DNA of 64,000 bases, taken from positions 13,516,001 to 13,580,000 of the forward strand of contig NC_086103.1 of the NCBI RefSeq assembly GCF_963921235.1, given 5' to 3'. This document shows, one piece after another, positions 39,531 to 52,751 of the stretch (its first letter is position 1; every line of letters begins with the position of its first letter). Made by a program: the position numbers and the translations under genes. The stretch comes from Mobula hypostoma. Its lineage: Eukaryota. The notes beneath the pieces are model-generated. The model was not told the origin of the DNA, made no database searches, and saw nothing but the letters and a program-made list of their open reading frames with translations.

Positions 39531-39636
39531 TAGGAAGGAGGCTGAGGAGGTTGAGATGCTGAGGGTGGCAAAGGTACGGGCAGAGCTGCCTGACAAAGGA
39601 TGCTCTTTGATGCCATCGCTATTTCCCCCTGCGCAG

Positions 39637-39834
39637 CCAAAAGACCAGAGACCGACTGTGAGAGGCAGCGCAGGGAGAAGATGATTCCTGGCAGTTTCCG
39701 TCCCAGCTGTGACCAGGATGGGGACTTTGAACCGAAGCAGTGTTGGCCCAGTACAGGATTCTGCTGGTGCACCTATCCAAATGGGACTAAGATTGAAGGA
39801 ACTGCAACTCGAGATCCCCGAGATAGTTGCAAAA
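39637..39834 (+). CDS. CD74: CD74 thyroglobulin type-1 exon (p41-type exon 6b)
   Basis: AKRPETDCERQRREKMIPGSFRPSCDQDGDFEPKQCWPSTGFCWCTYPNGTKIEGTATRDPRDSCK has 6 Cys, QC and CWC motifs and an NGT sequon. 198 nt, phase 1/1, donor GTAGGC. Confidence 0.96.
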
Positions 39835-40569
39835 GTAGGCTTCAGCTTTCTTCATCTGCTTATTCAGTATGGATGTGGTCCCCAAGACCCTGCTTCACCC
39901 TTCAACCCTCAACCCAGTGACTGAATCCCTCCCACAGCCCATGGAAACCCTTCCCCATCACAGACTCTTTCCACCCACTGCATCCCCTGCCACAGTCCAC
40001 AGACACTCTCCCCCCCCCCCACCCACTGAATCACCTCCCACATCCCATGGAAACCCTTCCTCATCACAGACTCTCTCCACCCACTGAATCCCCTTCCTAA
40101 GCCCAGGACATTCCCCACCAACTGAATCCTCTCCCTACCAGCTGAATCCCTCCCATAGCCCATGGACTCTCTTCACCATCACCCAATTGACCTATCATAT
40201 ATCACTCTGCGGAACGCTACTTAAATTATCTTTGACCTCCAAATGTATCAGATTCTTTCAGATTCAGATTCAGGTTCATTTATTTAACACACGGACATCG
40301 AAACATAGAGTGAAATGTGTTGTTTGCATCAACAACCAACACTACACACTTTTTCTAGGCTGATCTCCATCTGCCACTTTTCAGTCCAGCTCTGCATTGT
40401 ATCAATGTCCCGTATCAACACTGTCCACACCACCAACCTTCACTCAGGGATGTTATCTGGATGGAAGGTTTTGAGTTATAAGAAGAAACCAAATACCCTG
40501 GACTGTATGAGCCCAAGGTGTGACCTTATAGAGACTTATAAACACAAGAGATTATGCAGATGCTGGAAA

Positions 40570-41880
40570 TCCAGAATTATACATACACGTGATGAGGATT
40601 ACAAATTACAGCAGGAGATAGAAAAGGCGTGTCAGAAAGACAATGTCATGATAATCGCTGGGGATTTTAACATGAAAATGGACAGGTCAGTACTGGATCT
40701 CAAGAGAGAGAATTTGTAGAATGTCTAAGGGATGGCTTTTTTAGAACAGCTTGTTGTTGAGCCCACTAGGGGATCAGCTGTGTTTGACTGGGTGTTGTGC
40801 AATGATCTGGAGGTGATAAGAGAGCTTAAGGTTACGGAACCCTTAGGGAACACTGATCACAATATGAGCGAGTTCACATTGAAATTTGAGAGGGAAAAAA
40901 TAAAATCCAATGTGTCGGTATTTCAGTGGAATAAAGGAAATGACAATGGCTTGAGAGAGGAACTGGCCTAAGCTGACTGGAAAGGGACATTTGCAGGAAA
41001 GACAGCAGAGCAGCAATGGCTGGAGTATCTGCTGAAAATATATATTCCAAATAAGAAGAAATTTTCAAAGGGAAGAAGGACACTACCGTGGCTGACAAGT
41101 GAAGTCAGAGCCAAAGTAAAAGCAAAAGAGAGGGCATACAAGGAAGCCAAAGCTAGTGGGAAACAGAGGATTGGGGAGCTTTTAAAAACTTGCAGAAGGA
41201 GACTAAGAAGGTCATTCGGAAGGAAAAGATGAATTATGAGAGGAAGCTGGTGACTAATATCAAAGAAGATACTAAAAGCCTTTTTAAGTATATAAAAGAG
41301 AGTCAAGGGTAGATATAGGACCAATACAAAATAACGCTGGAGATATTGTAATGAGAGATGCAGAGTTGGCAGAGGAACTGAATGTGTATTTTGCATCAGT
41401 CTTCACAATGGAAGACATCTGCAGTATACCGGACATTCAGGAGTGTCAGGGAAGTGAAGTTTGTGCGGTGAAAATTACCACTGAGAAGGTGCTCAGGAAG
41501 CTTAATGGTCTGAGGGTGGATGCATCTCCTGGATCTGATGGGTTCGGAAGGAAGTAGCTGGAGAGATTGCAGAGGCATTAACGATGATCTTTCAAGAATC
41601 AATAGATTCTGGCATTAGGGGGCACAGCCTCGGGATAGAGAGACATCCACACAGAGCAGGGGTGAGGAGGAATTCCTTTAGCCTGGAGGGGGTGAATCTG
41701 TGGAATTCATTGCCATGGACGGCTGTGTTATTTGGGTATCTTTAAAGCAGAGGCTGATGGGTATTTGATTAGTCGGGGTGTCGAAGGTTACGGGGAGAAG
41801 GCAGGAGGGTGGGGTTCAGAGGGATGATAAATCAGCCAGGATGTAGTGGATAGGCCGAATGGCCTAATTCAGCTCCTGTG
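40570..41880 (+). mobile_element. Degenerate CR1 fragment
   Basis: IIAGDFN and FLEQLVVEPTRG motifs plus a CR1 tail. Confidence 0.75.
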
Positions 41881-42087
41881 TCTTATGGTTTGTGCCAACA
41901 ACCATCACAACCTAACGCTGTGCTGGGGGCAGCCGGCAAGTGTCAGCACACATTCCGGCACCCACACGGCGAGTCCACAACGTTCGGCGGAACAACAGAG
42001 AACACAACAAGCAACAAAAAAAACAGCAGCGAAACAAACCCCCTCCCTCCCTCTGACCTGAAGGGTTCTCCGTGTGTCATCTCGTAG

Positions 42088-42119
42088 CTCGATTCATTCA
42101 TTCTGGACCAGTTTTCTAA
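42088..42119 (+). CDS. CD74: Probable CD74 terminal coding exon ((T/A)RFIHSGPVF*)
   Basis: Acceptor tcatctcgtAG, phase-1 entry, TAA at 42117-42119. The end resembles human DLGPVPM*. It is short, so support is weaker. Confidence 0.55.
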
Positions 42120-43889
42120 GTCATTGGATCCTTCAGTGTGTTCTTTCCTGTCTCTTAGCTTAAATTAGATTCTCTTTCCACCTTTCGGCTTCCTAAACCC
42201 AGGTGAGTCAAGCACTTTAGGCTTGGACACATGAGTAACATGGAGTGTCCTTTGATGTCCAGTACAGAAATAGCTGCTTTGTCTGACTAAACTACCCAGC
42301 CTCTCGCTTCCCTAATCCTCTAATTAAATTTGCCTGTCCTTCCTCAGCCAAATGTTTCTTGAGCTTAAAGCAGCAAGCTCTCCATGCTCGCTGCTCTCCT
42401 GAGCGTGGATGGATTGTCAAAAGTCTCTTAAGTGTTTGACAGACATCCACCAGCGTAATGTTACGTGTGCCTGCGCTCCTTGCCTCTCACCACTGCTGCT
42501 TCCAGATGTGGCGTTGCAGGGAGAACCGATATTGATTAAACAAACACTCTGGAGAGGAGCAGGGCAGTGGGGCCGAATGGCTGGCTCTTGCTCCTGTTCT
42601 GTGTGCTTGTGATATACTGGCTGATCAAATCACCCTGCATAACCTAAATCTAAACTTAAAAAAATTCTTGCCTGTGTCCAGTAACCTCCTGAGCTCTTTG
42701 CTTATTAAGAACCTGTCCAGCTCCGTATTGCAAATATTCAAAGATAAAGGAATTGTAGAACCAAATTCCTCATGATAATTTCCAAACTGAAACGTGTTTT
42801 TCTCATCTCTTACAGTTTTTAAAGCTTAAGGAAGCCACAGCGTTGGATGGGGTCATCTAGACCAGCTTTACTCCCCAGACAAACATTAATTGCATAGATT
42901 GATTCTTTTATTAACATCAGATTTGACTGATAACTGTTGATATCTGACTTGTAGCCAGTAGATTCATTTCCTTATTTGCTTAAGATTCATCCACAAGAAT
43001 TTTTTTCTCTTAGAAGTAGAAAAATCAGACTGTGCCTCAATGGTTGAAATGCCTCCAACCTGATGGCATGAACATCGATTTCTCCAAATTCCATTGATTT
43101 CTCTCTGCTTCCCCTTCTGTTTTTTTCCATTCCCCATACTGGATTCCTTCTCACCCCTTCCCTTCTCCTCACATGCCCTGACCATCATCTCCCTCTGGTT
43201 CCCCTTTTCCCTCCCTTTGTCACATGGTCCTCTCTCCTCTCCTATCAGATTCCTTCTTCTTCAGCTCTTTACCTCTTCTACCTATCACCTCCCAGCTTCT
43301 TACTTCACCCCCCCTTCCCCCACCCACCCTTCTCTTTTCCTCACCTGCTCATCACCTCCCTTTGGTGGCTTCTCATGAGGGGCAGAGTAAATCATAGGGG
43401 AACAGTTTAAGATTCTCTGCAAAACAACTGCATCGGTGTTATTACTTACCATTTTGTTTGAAGTTAGAACTACCTATAATTAATTTGCTAAATAGTAATA
43501 TTGCTTCTAGATCTCATTTAATATCTGGTAATCGCTAACTACCGCTTGGGGAGATTATTTTGCAATAAAGGAAATGGCTTTAATTTTGATTTTCTTTGGG
43601 TTGTGGAGACAGTTGAAATGGGCTGAGAATTGAACATCCAGCTTATCACAAAGGACTATTAAACTTGGCATCAGTTGTTAAATGTACAGGTTGTGTGTGT
43701 GAGTGTGTGTTTGTGTCTGTGTAAGGCAAAATGCTGTGGCATTGAACAAGTCTACTTTGGACAGATGCGCGCAGCTTCAAGATTGGGCGACCTGGCATTT
43801 CACCTCAAGTTCCAACGGTCAGAGCTGATAACTTCATGCATCACCAGCCAAACTCAAAAATAAATCCCTGCTGTCATGGCTCTTTGGTG

Positions 43890-44056
43890 CAAGTGTCACC
43901 CAATCAGGAGTTAGGAGCCCTTTTTTTCCACCAATAGGGTCAAGAGTGAGCATGTTGTGTAATCAGTGTCTCCAGTGTCAACCAATCAGAAGTTAGGCAT
44001 CTATTTTTTCCACCAATAAGTTGAAGGGTGAGCATGTTGTGTAATCAGTTGCTGGG
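43890..44056 (-). promoter_or_regulatory. 3' candidate X-Y module with tandem-duplicated CCAAT unit
   Basis: The minus strand has CCCAGCAACTGAT (44044-44056) with ATTGG 25 nt downstream. Two ~80-bp copies each carry CCAATCAG and CCAATA. Confidence 0.4.
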
Positions 44057-45539
44057 GGGATGGGGGCAGGGCTCTGTGAAGAGTGCGATGATAAGACTTC
44101 GAGGACTGCAGCCGGCCATTGTTGACTTCATCTTCAGGAGTACTGTTCAGTCCTGCACTGTTAAAGATCAGGGTGGCTCTTTATATCGGGGAAGTTAAAA
44201 TGATCCAAATGGCTAAATGGTGAAATAAAATTGGACAAAATCATTTTTGTTCTTGTTTTTTTAAATGAACAATGTCTGACAAAGGAAATCTCAGCTGCAG
44301 TTATATGGTGCCTTGTAGAGCAATCTGCAGAAATAATTCCATTGTGCAAATCACAAAACTAATTGAAAGGCCTGGACAGAGTGGACACGGAGAGGATGTT
44401 TCCGATAGTGGAGGAGTCTAGGACCAGATGGCAAAGCCTTAGAATAGAGGGACATCCATTTAGATCAGAGTTGAGGAGGAATTTCTTTAGCCAGAGGGTG
44501 GTGAATCTGTGGAATTCATTACCACAGATGGCTGTGGAGGCCAAGTCATTGAGTATATTTAAAGAGGAAGTTGGTAGGTTCTTGATTAATCAGGGTGTCA
44601 AAAGTAATTGAAAAAAGACAGGAGAATGGTGTTGAGAGGGATAATAAATCATCCTTGATGGAATGGGGGGGTGATTTGATGGGCTGAATGGCCTAGTTCT
44701 GCTCCCATGGCTTATGTTCCTATGGTCTCATGAGTGGTAAATGGTTTCTTGTTGCCACATGTACCTGGGTAGAGTGAAGACCTTTCATACCATCCACACA
44801 GATCAGTACAAGGTAAAACAATAACAATGCAGAATAACGTATGGCAGTCATGGAGAAAGAGCAGTGCAGGCAGACAGTAAGATGCAAGGTCATGGCGAGG
44901 TAGACTGTGAGGCTAAGAGTCCATCTTAGAGTTCTGCTCAAGAGTCTGATAACACCAGAATAGGAGCTGTCATGTAGGGAATGCGGGTTGTTCTAGAGTC
45001 AGATGCTATGGCAGTTCACGAGCTCTAAAACAGTAACATAGTGATGTTAGGAGTCATTCGGTCTCAGAAAAAGGCCCTTCAGCCCAACTCACCCATGCTG
45101 ACCAAGATGCCTAGTTAAGGTAATCCCATTTGCTCATGTTTGTCCCACATCCCTCTATACTGGGGATTCCCAATCTGACAACTATGGACCCCTTGCTTAA
45201 AGGTATTGGTCCATGGCAAATGAAAGGTTGGGATGCCTGTCCAAACCTTTTCTATCCAAGTGTCTGTTCAAATACAGGGGATTCCGGTTAATTGGAGCAG
45301 ATCAGGTCAGGTACATTTCGGTCCAATTAAATGGCTGCCCCAGATAGAAAAAGATAAACTGCCATTTAGCAGAGCAACAAGTTATTTTTTTGTAGTGACT
45401 CAATCAATTCAAGAGAGAAATAGGAGGCAACACTCAAATCCCTGAGTGAGATTTTAAAAAGGAGTGTTCGCGAGTTTTTGGCATTTCCAGCGGCCCAATC
45501 AAACAGCAATTTATTACCAAGAGCAAATAAAAATCAGGC

Positions 45540-48500
45540 AGCAGCAAGTGGAGTGGCCATTATTGGAGTGGAGCACTGTTAGAGTGAGGAGGCTTTGGCT
45601 CATCAGGCTTCAGTGAGAACAGGCTCGGGTGATGTACAAGAAGAAGTTTTTTCCTTCTTCATTCTTCATTCTTTAACTGTTAGCGCATAGTTAGAGCAGT
45701 GAGAATGGTTCCAAGGGCTGTGTTGTGTTCTTTGTGTGAGATGTAGGGATTCTGGGAGACCTCCAGCCTCCCAGATAACCAATCTGCACAGGTGCACCGA
45801 GCCGCAGCTGCTCTGAGAACGTGTTAAGGAACTGGAGCTGTATCTCGATGAACTTCGGCTCAGATGAGAAATTGAGCAGGTGATAGATAGGAGCTTCAGG
45901 GGGGCAGTCAGGATTTGCAGGAGGCAGGTACCTGGGTGACTGTCAGGAAAGTGAATGGAAATGGGCAGCTGGTGCAGAGTGGCCCTGTGGCCATTCCCCT
46001 CAATTATAAGTAGACTCTTTTGAATACTGTTGGTGGTGGTGGAGGGTGCTGGCCAACCAGGGGAAAGCTGCAGCGACCGCGTCTCTGCTACTGGATCCAG
46101 CTCTGTGGCTCAGAAAGGAACAGGGAGAAGTGGACTGCAGTAGTGATAGGGGATTCCATAGCTAGAGGAGTAGACACGAGACTCTGTAGATGTGATAGAG
46201 ACCCTTATGTAGCACGTTGCCTCCCAGGGCCAGGGTCAGGGATGTCTCGGATCCTGTCCATGGCATTATAAAGCAGAACTGTGAGCAGCCAGGAGTCTTG
46301 GTGCGTACTGGCACCAATGACATAGCTTGCAAAAGGGAAGGGGTCCTGAAGAGAGAATTTTGGCAGCGAGGTAGAAAGCTGAAAAGCAAGACCTCCAGGA
46401 TAGTAATCTCCGGCTTGCTGCCTGTGCTATGCACCAGTGAGGGGAAGAATAGGATGATCTGGCAGTTGAATGTGAGGGTGAGAAACTGGTGTAGGAGGGG
46501 GCAGGTGTTCAGATGTATGGATCATTGGGATCTCTTCTGGGGAAGGTATGACCTGTACAAAAGGGACGGCTTACACCTGAAGCCAAGGGGGTCCAGTGTC
46601 CTTGTGGGCAGGTGTGCTAGAACTGTTGGGGAGGGTTTAAACTAATTTAGCAGGGGGATGGGACCTGTAGTTTTAAGGCTGGAGATGGGGCAGTTGGTTT
46701 ACAAGTTGATGCACTGTGTAGTGAGACTGTCAGCAAGAATGGGAAGATGATGAGACAAAATCGTAGTCAGTGGAATGAATTGCAGTCTAACAGGGAGACA
46801 AAGTTGCAAGGGTAATGGATACAGGACTGAAGGTGTACAGGAGATATATACAGACATCCAAACAGTAGGCAGGATGTAGTCTACAAATTACAATGCAAGA
46901 TAGAAAATGTGTGTCAAAAGGGTAATGTTATGATAGTCATGGGTGATTTCATTATGCAGGTTTTGAATGAATTGACTTTATTTTTTACGCCCTTCACATA
47001 CATGAGGAGTAAAAATCTTTACGTTACATCTCCATCTAAATGTGCAATGTACAATTATAGTAATTTATAATAAATAGAACAGTCAATGTAATACAGAGTA
47101 CATTCAAGTCAGCATGAGTTCATCAGTCTGATAGCCTGGTGGAAGAAGCTGTCCCGGAGCCTGTTGGTCCTGGCTTTTATGCTGTGGTACCGTTTCCCGG
47201 ATGGTAGCAGCTGGAACAGATTGTGGCTGGGGTAACTCGGGCCCCCAATGATCCTACGGGCCCTTTTTACACACCTGTCCTTGTAAATGTCTTGAATCAT
47301 GGGAAATTCACAACTACAGATGCGCTGGGCTGTCCGCACCACTCTCTGCAGAGTCCTGTGATTAAGAGAGATACAGTTCCCGTACCAGGCAGTGATGCAG
47401 CCAGTCAGGATGCTCTCAATTGTGCTCCTGTAGAAAGCTCTTAGGATTTGGGGGCCCCATACCAAACTTCCTCAACCAATTGAGGTGAAAGAGGTGCTGT
47501 TGTGCTTTTTTCATCACACAGCTGGTGTACACAGACCACGTGAGGTCCTCGGTGATGCAGATGCCGAGGAACTTGAAGCTGTTTACCTTCTCAACCCCAG
47601 ATCCATTGAGGAAATAGGGTAGATTGGGAAAATCAAGTTGGTGCTGATTTGGATCCCAAGAAAGAGAATTTGTAGAATTCCTATCAGACAGCTTTTTAGA
47701 GCAGACTGTGGTTGAACCCACTAGGGGATCAAATATTCTTGATTGGATGTTGTGTAATGAACTGGATTTAATTAAGGAGCTCAAGGAGACAGTAATCATA
47801 ATATGATAGACTTTACACTGCAATTTGAGAGGGAGAAGCTAAAGTCAAATGTATCAGCATTACAGAAGAGTAAAGGGATTTACAGAGGCATGAGAGAGGA
47901 GCTGACCAAAGTTGATTGGAAGGGGACACTAGCAGGGATGACAGCAGTGCAGCAATAGCTGGAGTTTCAGGGAGAAATTTGGAAGGCACAGGACAGGTAC
48001 ATCCCAGTGGAGGAAGTATTCTAAAGGGAGGGTGGGACAACCATGACTGACAAGGGAAGTCAAAGCCAACATAAAAGCAAAAGAGAGGGAATATAATAGA
48101 GCAAAAATTAGTGGGAAGTTAGAAGTTTGGGAAGATTTTAAAAATGAACAGAAGGCAACTAAAAAAGCCATGAGGGAAAAGATGAAATATGAAGGTAAGC
48201 TAGCCAATAATATCGAAGAGGATACCAAAGGTTTTTTTCAGATGTATAAAGAGTAAAAGAGAGGTGAAAGTGGATATCAGAATGCTGGAAAATGACTCTG
48301 TAGAAGTAGTAATGGGGACCAGGGAATGGTGGATGAACTACATAAGTATTTTGAATCAGTCTTCACTGTGGAAGACACTAGCTGTTTGCCAGAAATTTGA
48401 GAATGTCAGAGGGCAGAAATGAGTGTTATTGTTCCTACTTAAAGAGTGGAGTGACATTTGCAATTTTCCAGCCTTCTGGAAACCATTCCAGAATCTAGTG

Positions 48501-49080
48501 ATTCTTGAAAGATCATCACTAATGCCTCCAAGATTTCTTCAGCTACCTTTTTCAGAACCTTGGCATGTTGTCCATCTGCACCAGATGACTTGTCTACCTT
48601 CAGGCTCTTCAGCTTCCCAAGCTCTGTCTCCCTTGTGATAGCAACTGCACTCAGTCCTGTCCCCCGACACTCGCGAATTTCTGGCATTATACTAGTGTTT
48701 TCCACAGCGAATACTAACACAAGTACTAATTCAGTTCCTCCGCCACTTCTTTGTCCCCATTACTACCCATTTCCAGTGGTCTGATATCTACTCATGCCTT
48801 TATACACCTGAAAATCTGTTTGTATTCTATTTTATGTTATTTGCTAGCTTACCTTCATATTTTATCTCTTCTTTCTTTTTAATTGCCTTCTGTTGGTTTT
48901 TAAAAGCTTCCCAATCCTCTAACTTCCCACTACTTTGTGCTATTTTATGCGCCCTCTCTTTTGCTTTGATTCTGTGTTGGATTTCCGCTGTCAGCCGCAG
49001 TTGTCTTGTAACCTACTCTAGAAACTGCCTACCGCATTGCCCTCTGTTTTTTGAAGCTTCTTCATCTTTAGGGTGTATCT
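45540..49080 (+). mobile_element. CR1 5' half (ORF1 esterase, APE), interrupted by Rex; last ~650 bp inverted
   Basis: ORFs 46020-46645 carry VVIGDS and GTND esterase motifs. The CR1 sequence resumes at about 47610. Confidence 0.7.
46965..47610 (-). mobile_element. Rex/Babar-like LINE 3' end nested in CR1
   Basis: FYRSTIESILTGCITAWYG..HPSHNLFQLLPSGKRY motif. Confidence 0.85.
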
Positions 49081-49084
49081 ATCC

Positions 49085-50290
49085 TGTAAACACAAGAAAA
49101 TCTGCAGATGCTGGAAATTCCAAAACAACAAGAGGCTGGAGGAAATCAGAAGGCCAGGCAGCATCCATGGAAAAGAGTACAGTCGACGTTTCGGCCCGAG
49201 ACCCTTCGTCAGGGCTGAAAAGGAGGAGAAGTCGGGATAAGAAGGTGGGGGGAGGGGAGGAAGGAGTACAAGGTGCAGGTGATAAGTGAAACTGGGAGGA
49301 GGAGAGGGCTGAAGTAAAGAGATTGGTGAAAAAGATAAAGGGCTGGAGAAGGGGGAATCTGATAGGAGAGGGTAGAAGACCATGGAAGAAAGGAAGGAGG
49401 AGGAACACTAGGGGAAGGTGATGTGCAGGTAAGGAGATAAGGTGAGTGTGGGAAATGGGAATGGGAGAGGAGGCAATCAATGACCGGAAATTCAAGAAAT
49501 TGATGTTCATGCCATCAGGTTGGAGGCTGCCCAGATGGAATATGAGGTGTTGCTCCTCCAGCCTGTGTGTGGCCTCATCATGGCGGTAGGGGAGGAACAG
49601 GAATGAGAAGTAGAATTGAAAGTGGGTGGCTATCGGGAGATCCCGCATTTTCTGGTGGACAGAGCATAGGTGCTCACTGATGTGGTCTCCCAATAAGCGT
49701 CGGGTCTCACCAATATACAGGAGGCCACATTGGGAGCACCAGATACAGTAGATGACCCCAACAGACTCACAGGTGAAGGGTCGCCTCGCTTTGAAGGACT
49801 GTTTGGAACCCTGAATGGTAGCGAGGGAGTAGAAGTAGGTGTAGATGTTGCACTGTTTCGCTTGCAAGGGTAAGTACCAGGAGGGAGATCAATGGGGAGG
49901 TACGAGTGGACAAGGGAGTCACGTGGGGAGCGATCCCTGTGGAAAGCGGAAAGTGGGGGGGGGGCGCATGGAATGAAAGATGTGCTTGGTGGTGGGATTC
50001 TGTTGGAATTGGCAGAGGTTACATAGAATTATGTGCTGTATGCAGAGGCTGGTGGGGTGGTATGTGAGGACAAGAGGGAGCCTATCCCTGGTGTGGCAGC
50101 AGAAGGACAGGATGTGGGCAGACGCGCGAGAAATGAAAGAGATACATGACTGGAAGTTACGAAGGGCAGTTACGGGTGAGGGCAGTGTTAGTGGTGAAGG
50201 AAAGGAAGAAGGAGGACATCTCAGTGGTTCTGGAATGAAAAGCCTCATCCTGAGAGCAGATACAGTGGAGATGGAAGACATGTGAGAAGA
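49085..50290 (-). mobile_element. Penelope-like element with GIY-YIG endonuclease
   Basis: FTCESVGVIYCIWCSQCGLLYIGET motif plus a terminal repeat. Confidence 0.85.
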
Positions 50291-50469
50291 GGATGGCACG
50301 GTGGGAAGAATAGTCCAGGTAGCTGTGTGAATCTTTCCTGTTCCTTCCGAATTGTCCCCAGAAACTTCAGCCATTGCTGGTCTACTGCCATTACTCCTAG
50401 TGTTCCCTTCCAAAGAACTTTGGCCAGTTTCCATTAATAAAGTATATCTATCTATCTATCTATCTTTTC

Positions 50470-52060
50470 TCACGCCTCTGTAATTCTCTTTACTCCACTG
50501 CAATACTGATACATTGGACTTTGTTTTCTCCTTCTCAAACTACAGGGTGAACTCTGTCACGTTATGATCACTGTCTCCCAAGGGTTCCTTTACCTTAAAC
50601 TCCCTAATCAAATCTGGTTTATAATACAACACCCAACCCAGAGTGTTCAACCACAAACTGCTCTACATTCTTGTTTACATTCTATAAATTCGCTCCTTGG
50701 GTTCCAGCGCCAACCTGATATTTCCAATCCACCTGCATATTGAAATTCACCATGACTATCATAACATTGCGCTTTTTACATGCCCGTTCTATCTCTTTTT
50801 GAAATTTATATCCCAAATCTTGGCGATTATTTGTGGGATTGTATATAACTCCCACAGGGTCTTTTTACCTCGCAGTTTCTTAACTCTACCCACAAGGATT
50901 CTGCATCTTCTGATCCTATGTCACTTCTTTCAAAGGATTTGATTTCACCTTTTACCAACGGAGTCATCCCACTCCCTCTGCCTACCTGCCTGTCCTTTTG
51001 ACACAATGTGTATCCTTGAATGTTAAGCTTCCAGCTATGATCTTCTTTCAGCCTCGGCTCAGTGGTGCCCACAATGTCATAACAGTACAAGATCATCTGC
51101 CTTATTCCGTGTACTGCATGCATTCAAATTTATCTCCTTCAGTCCTGTATTCATCACTCTTTTGATTTTGCCCCCATGAAACACTTCACCTCAACCCACT
51201 GACCTAAATTTTGCCCGATGGATTACCTGTCCTTCCTCACAGTCTCACTACACACTGCATCGACTTGTATTCCGACTGCCCCATCCTCAGCCCTATCACT
51301 CTGGTTCCCATCCCTCTGCCAACTTAGTTTAAACCCACCCCAGCACCTCTAGCAAACCTGCCCGCAAGGATATTGGTCCCCTCGGGTTCAGGTGTAACCC
51401 ATCCTTTTCATACAGTTCATATCTTCCCCAGAAGAGATCCCCATCATCCAGAAATCTGAAACCCTGCCCCCTGCCCCACTTTCTCAGCCACTCATTCATC
51501 TGTACCATCATCCTATCCCTGTCCTGACTAGCACATGACAATGGGAGTAATCCAGAAGTTACTACCACGGAGGTCCTGCTCTTCAGCTGTTGCCATAACT
51601 TCCGATACACACTGCGCAGGACCTCTTTCCCCCTTCTACCCGCGTCATTAGCGCTAATGTGCAACACGGCCTCTGGCTACTCTCCCTCCCTCTTGAGAAT
51701 CTTCTGCAGCTGCTCGGACGCATCCTGGACTCGAGCACCTGCAAGGCAACACAGCACCCTGGCTTCCCTTTCATGGCCACAGAATCTCCTGTCCAAGTAC
51801 CCCTGACTATTGAGTCCCCTTTCACCACAGCTGTGCCTGACTTTACCCTTCCCTGCAGACCCTCAGAGCTGGCCATGGTGCCACTTGTCTGGCAGCTGAT
51901 ATCGTGCCCTAATGGGTCTTCCCTTCACCCCCCTTGCCCCTGCAGTATCCAAAGCGGTATACTTGTTGCTGAGTGGAGAGGCCACAGGAGAACTCTGCAT
52001 TGACTTCTTACTGCCTGCATCTCTCCTGGTGGTCACCCATCTACCCATCTAACAGCCTGC
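50470..52060 (-). mobile_element. Degenerate CR1 5' part (ORF1 esterase + APE start)
   Basis: VVKGDSIVRG and FRFLDDGDLFWGRYELY motifs. Confidence 0.75.
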
Positions 52061-52250
52061 ACTCTGGGTGTGGCCACAGGAGGAGGAGGTATCCACAACC
52101 CTCGGACCCCTCGGCTAAGTGAAATATACCCTACTTATTTACTTCAAAGGTTTTGTCAATGCGTGGTTTTCTTTAAAATAGTGCAGATCAAAGAGGGATA
52201 TAATCACACTCAGGATCAGAATCCGAATCGGGTTAATAATCACTGACATA

Positions 52251-52751
52251 CACTCAGTGTCCACTTTATTGGGTACCTTCTCTATGCTCATGGTCTTCTG
52301 CCACAAGGTTGGAAGTGTCGTGCATTCAGAGATGCTCTTCTTCACACCACTGTTGTAATGAGTTGTTACTTGAGTTACTGTCAGCTTGAAACAGTCTGGC
52401 CATTCTCCTCTGACCTCTCTCGTTAAGAAGGTGTTTTCGTCCAGAGAACTGCCCCTCACTGGATGTTTTTTTTGTCTTTCACACCATTCTCTGTAAACTC
52501 TAGAGAATATTGTGTGTGAAAATCCCAGGAGATCAGCAGTTTCTGAGATACTAAAACTACCCCGTCTGGCACGAACAATCATTCAAGGTCACTTACACCA
52601 TTTCTTCCCCATTCTGAAGTTTGGTCTGAACAACAACTGAACCTCTTGACCATGTCTGCATGCTTTTACACATTGAGTTGCTGCCATGTGATTGGCTGAT
52701 TAGATATTTGAATTAATGAGCAGGTGTTCCTAATAAAGTGGCCACCGAGTG
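52251..52751 (-). mobile_element. Internally deleted Tc1/mariner DNA transposon
   Basis: Inverted termini cactcagtgtccactttatt / aataaagtggccaccgagtg, TA on the left flank, and an HTH remnant SISETADLLGFSHTIFSRVYREW. Confidence 0.85.

Noticed and set aside
44050-44160. Minus-strand mini-ORF AGLNSTPEDEVNNGRLQSSKSYHRTLHRALPPSPSN* after a possible acceptor
   Set aside because: No recognisable homology and no partner exons found. It could be the last exon of a convergent gene but is unsupported here.
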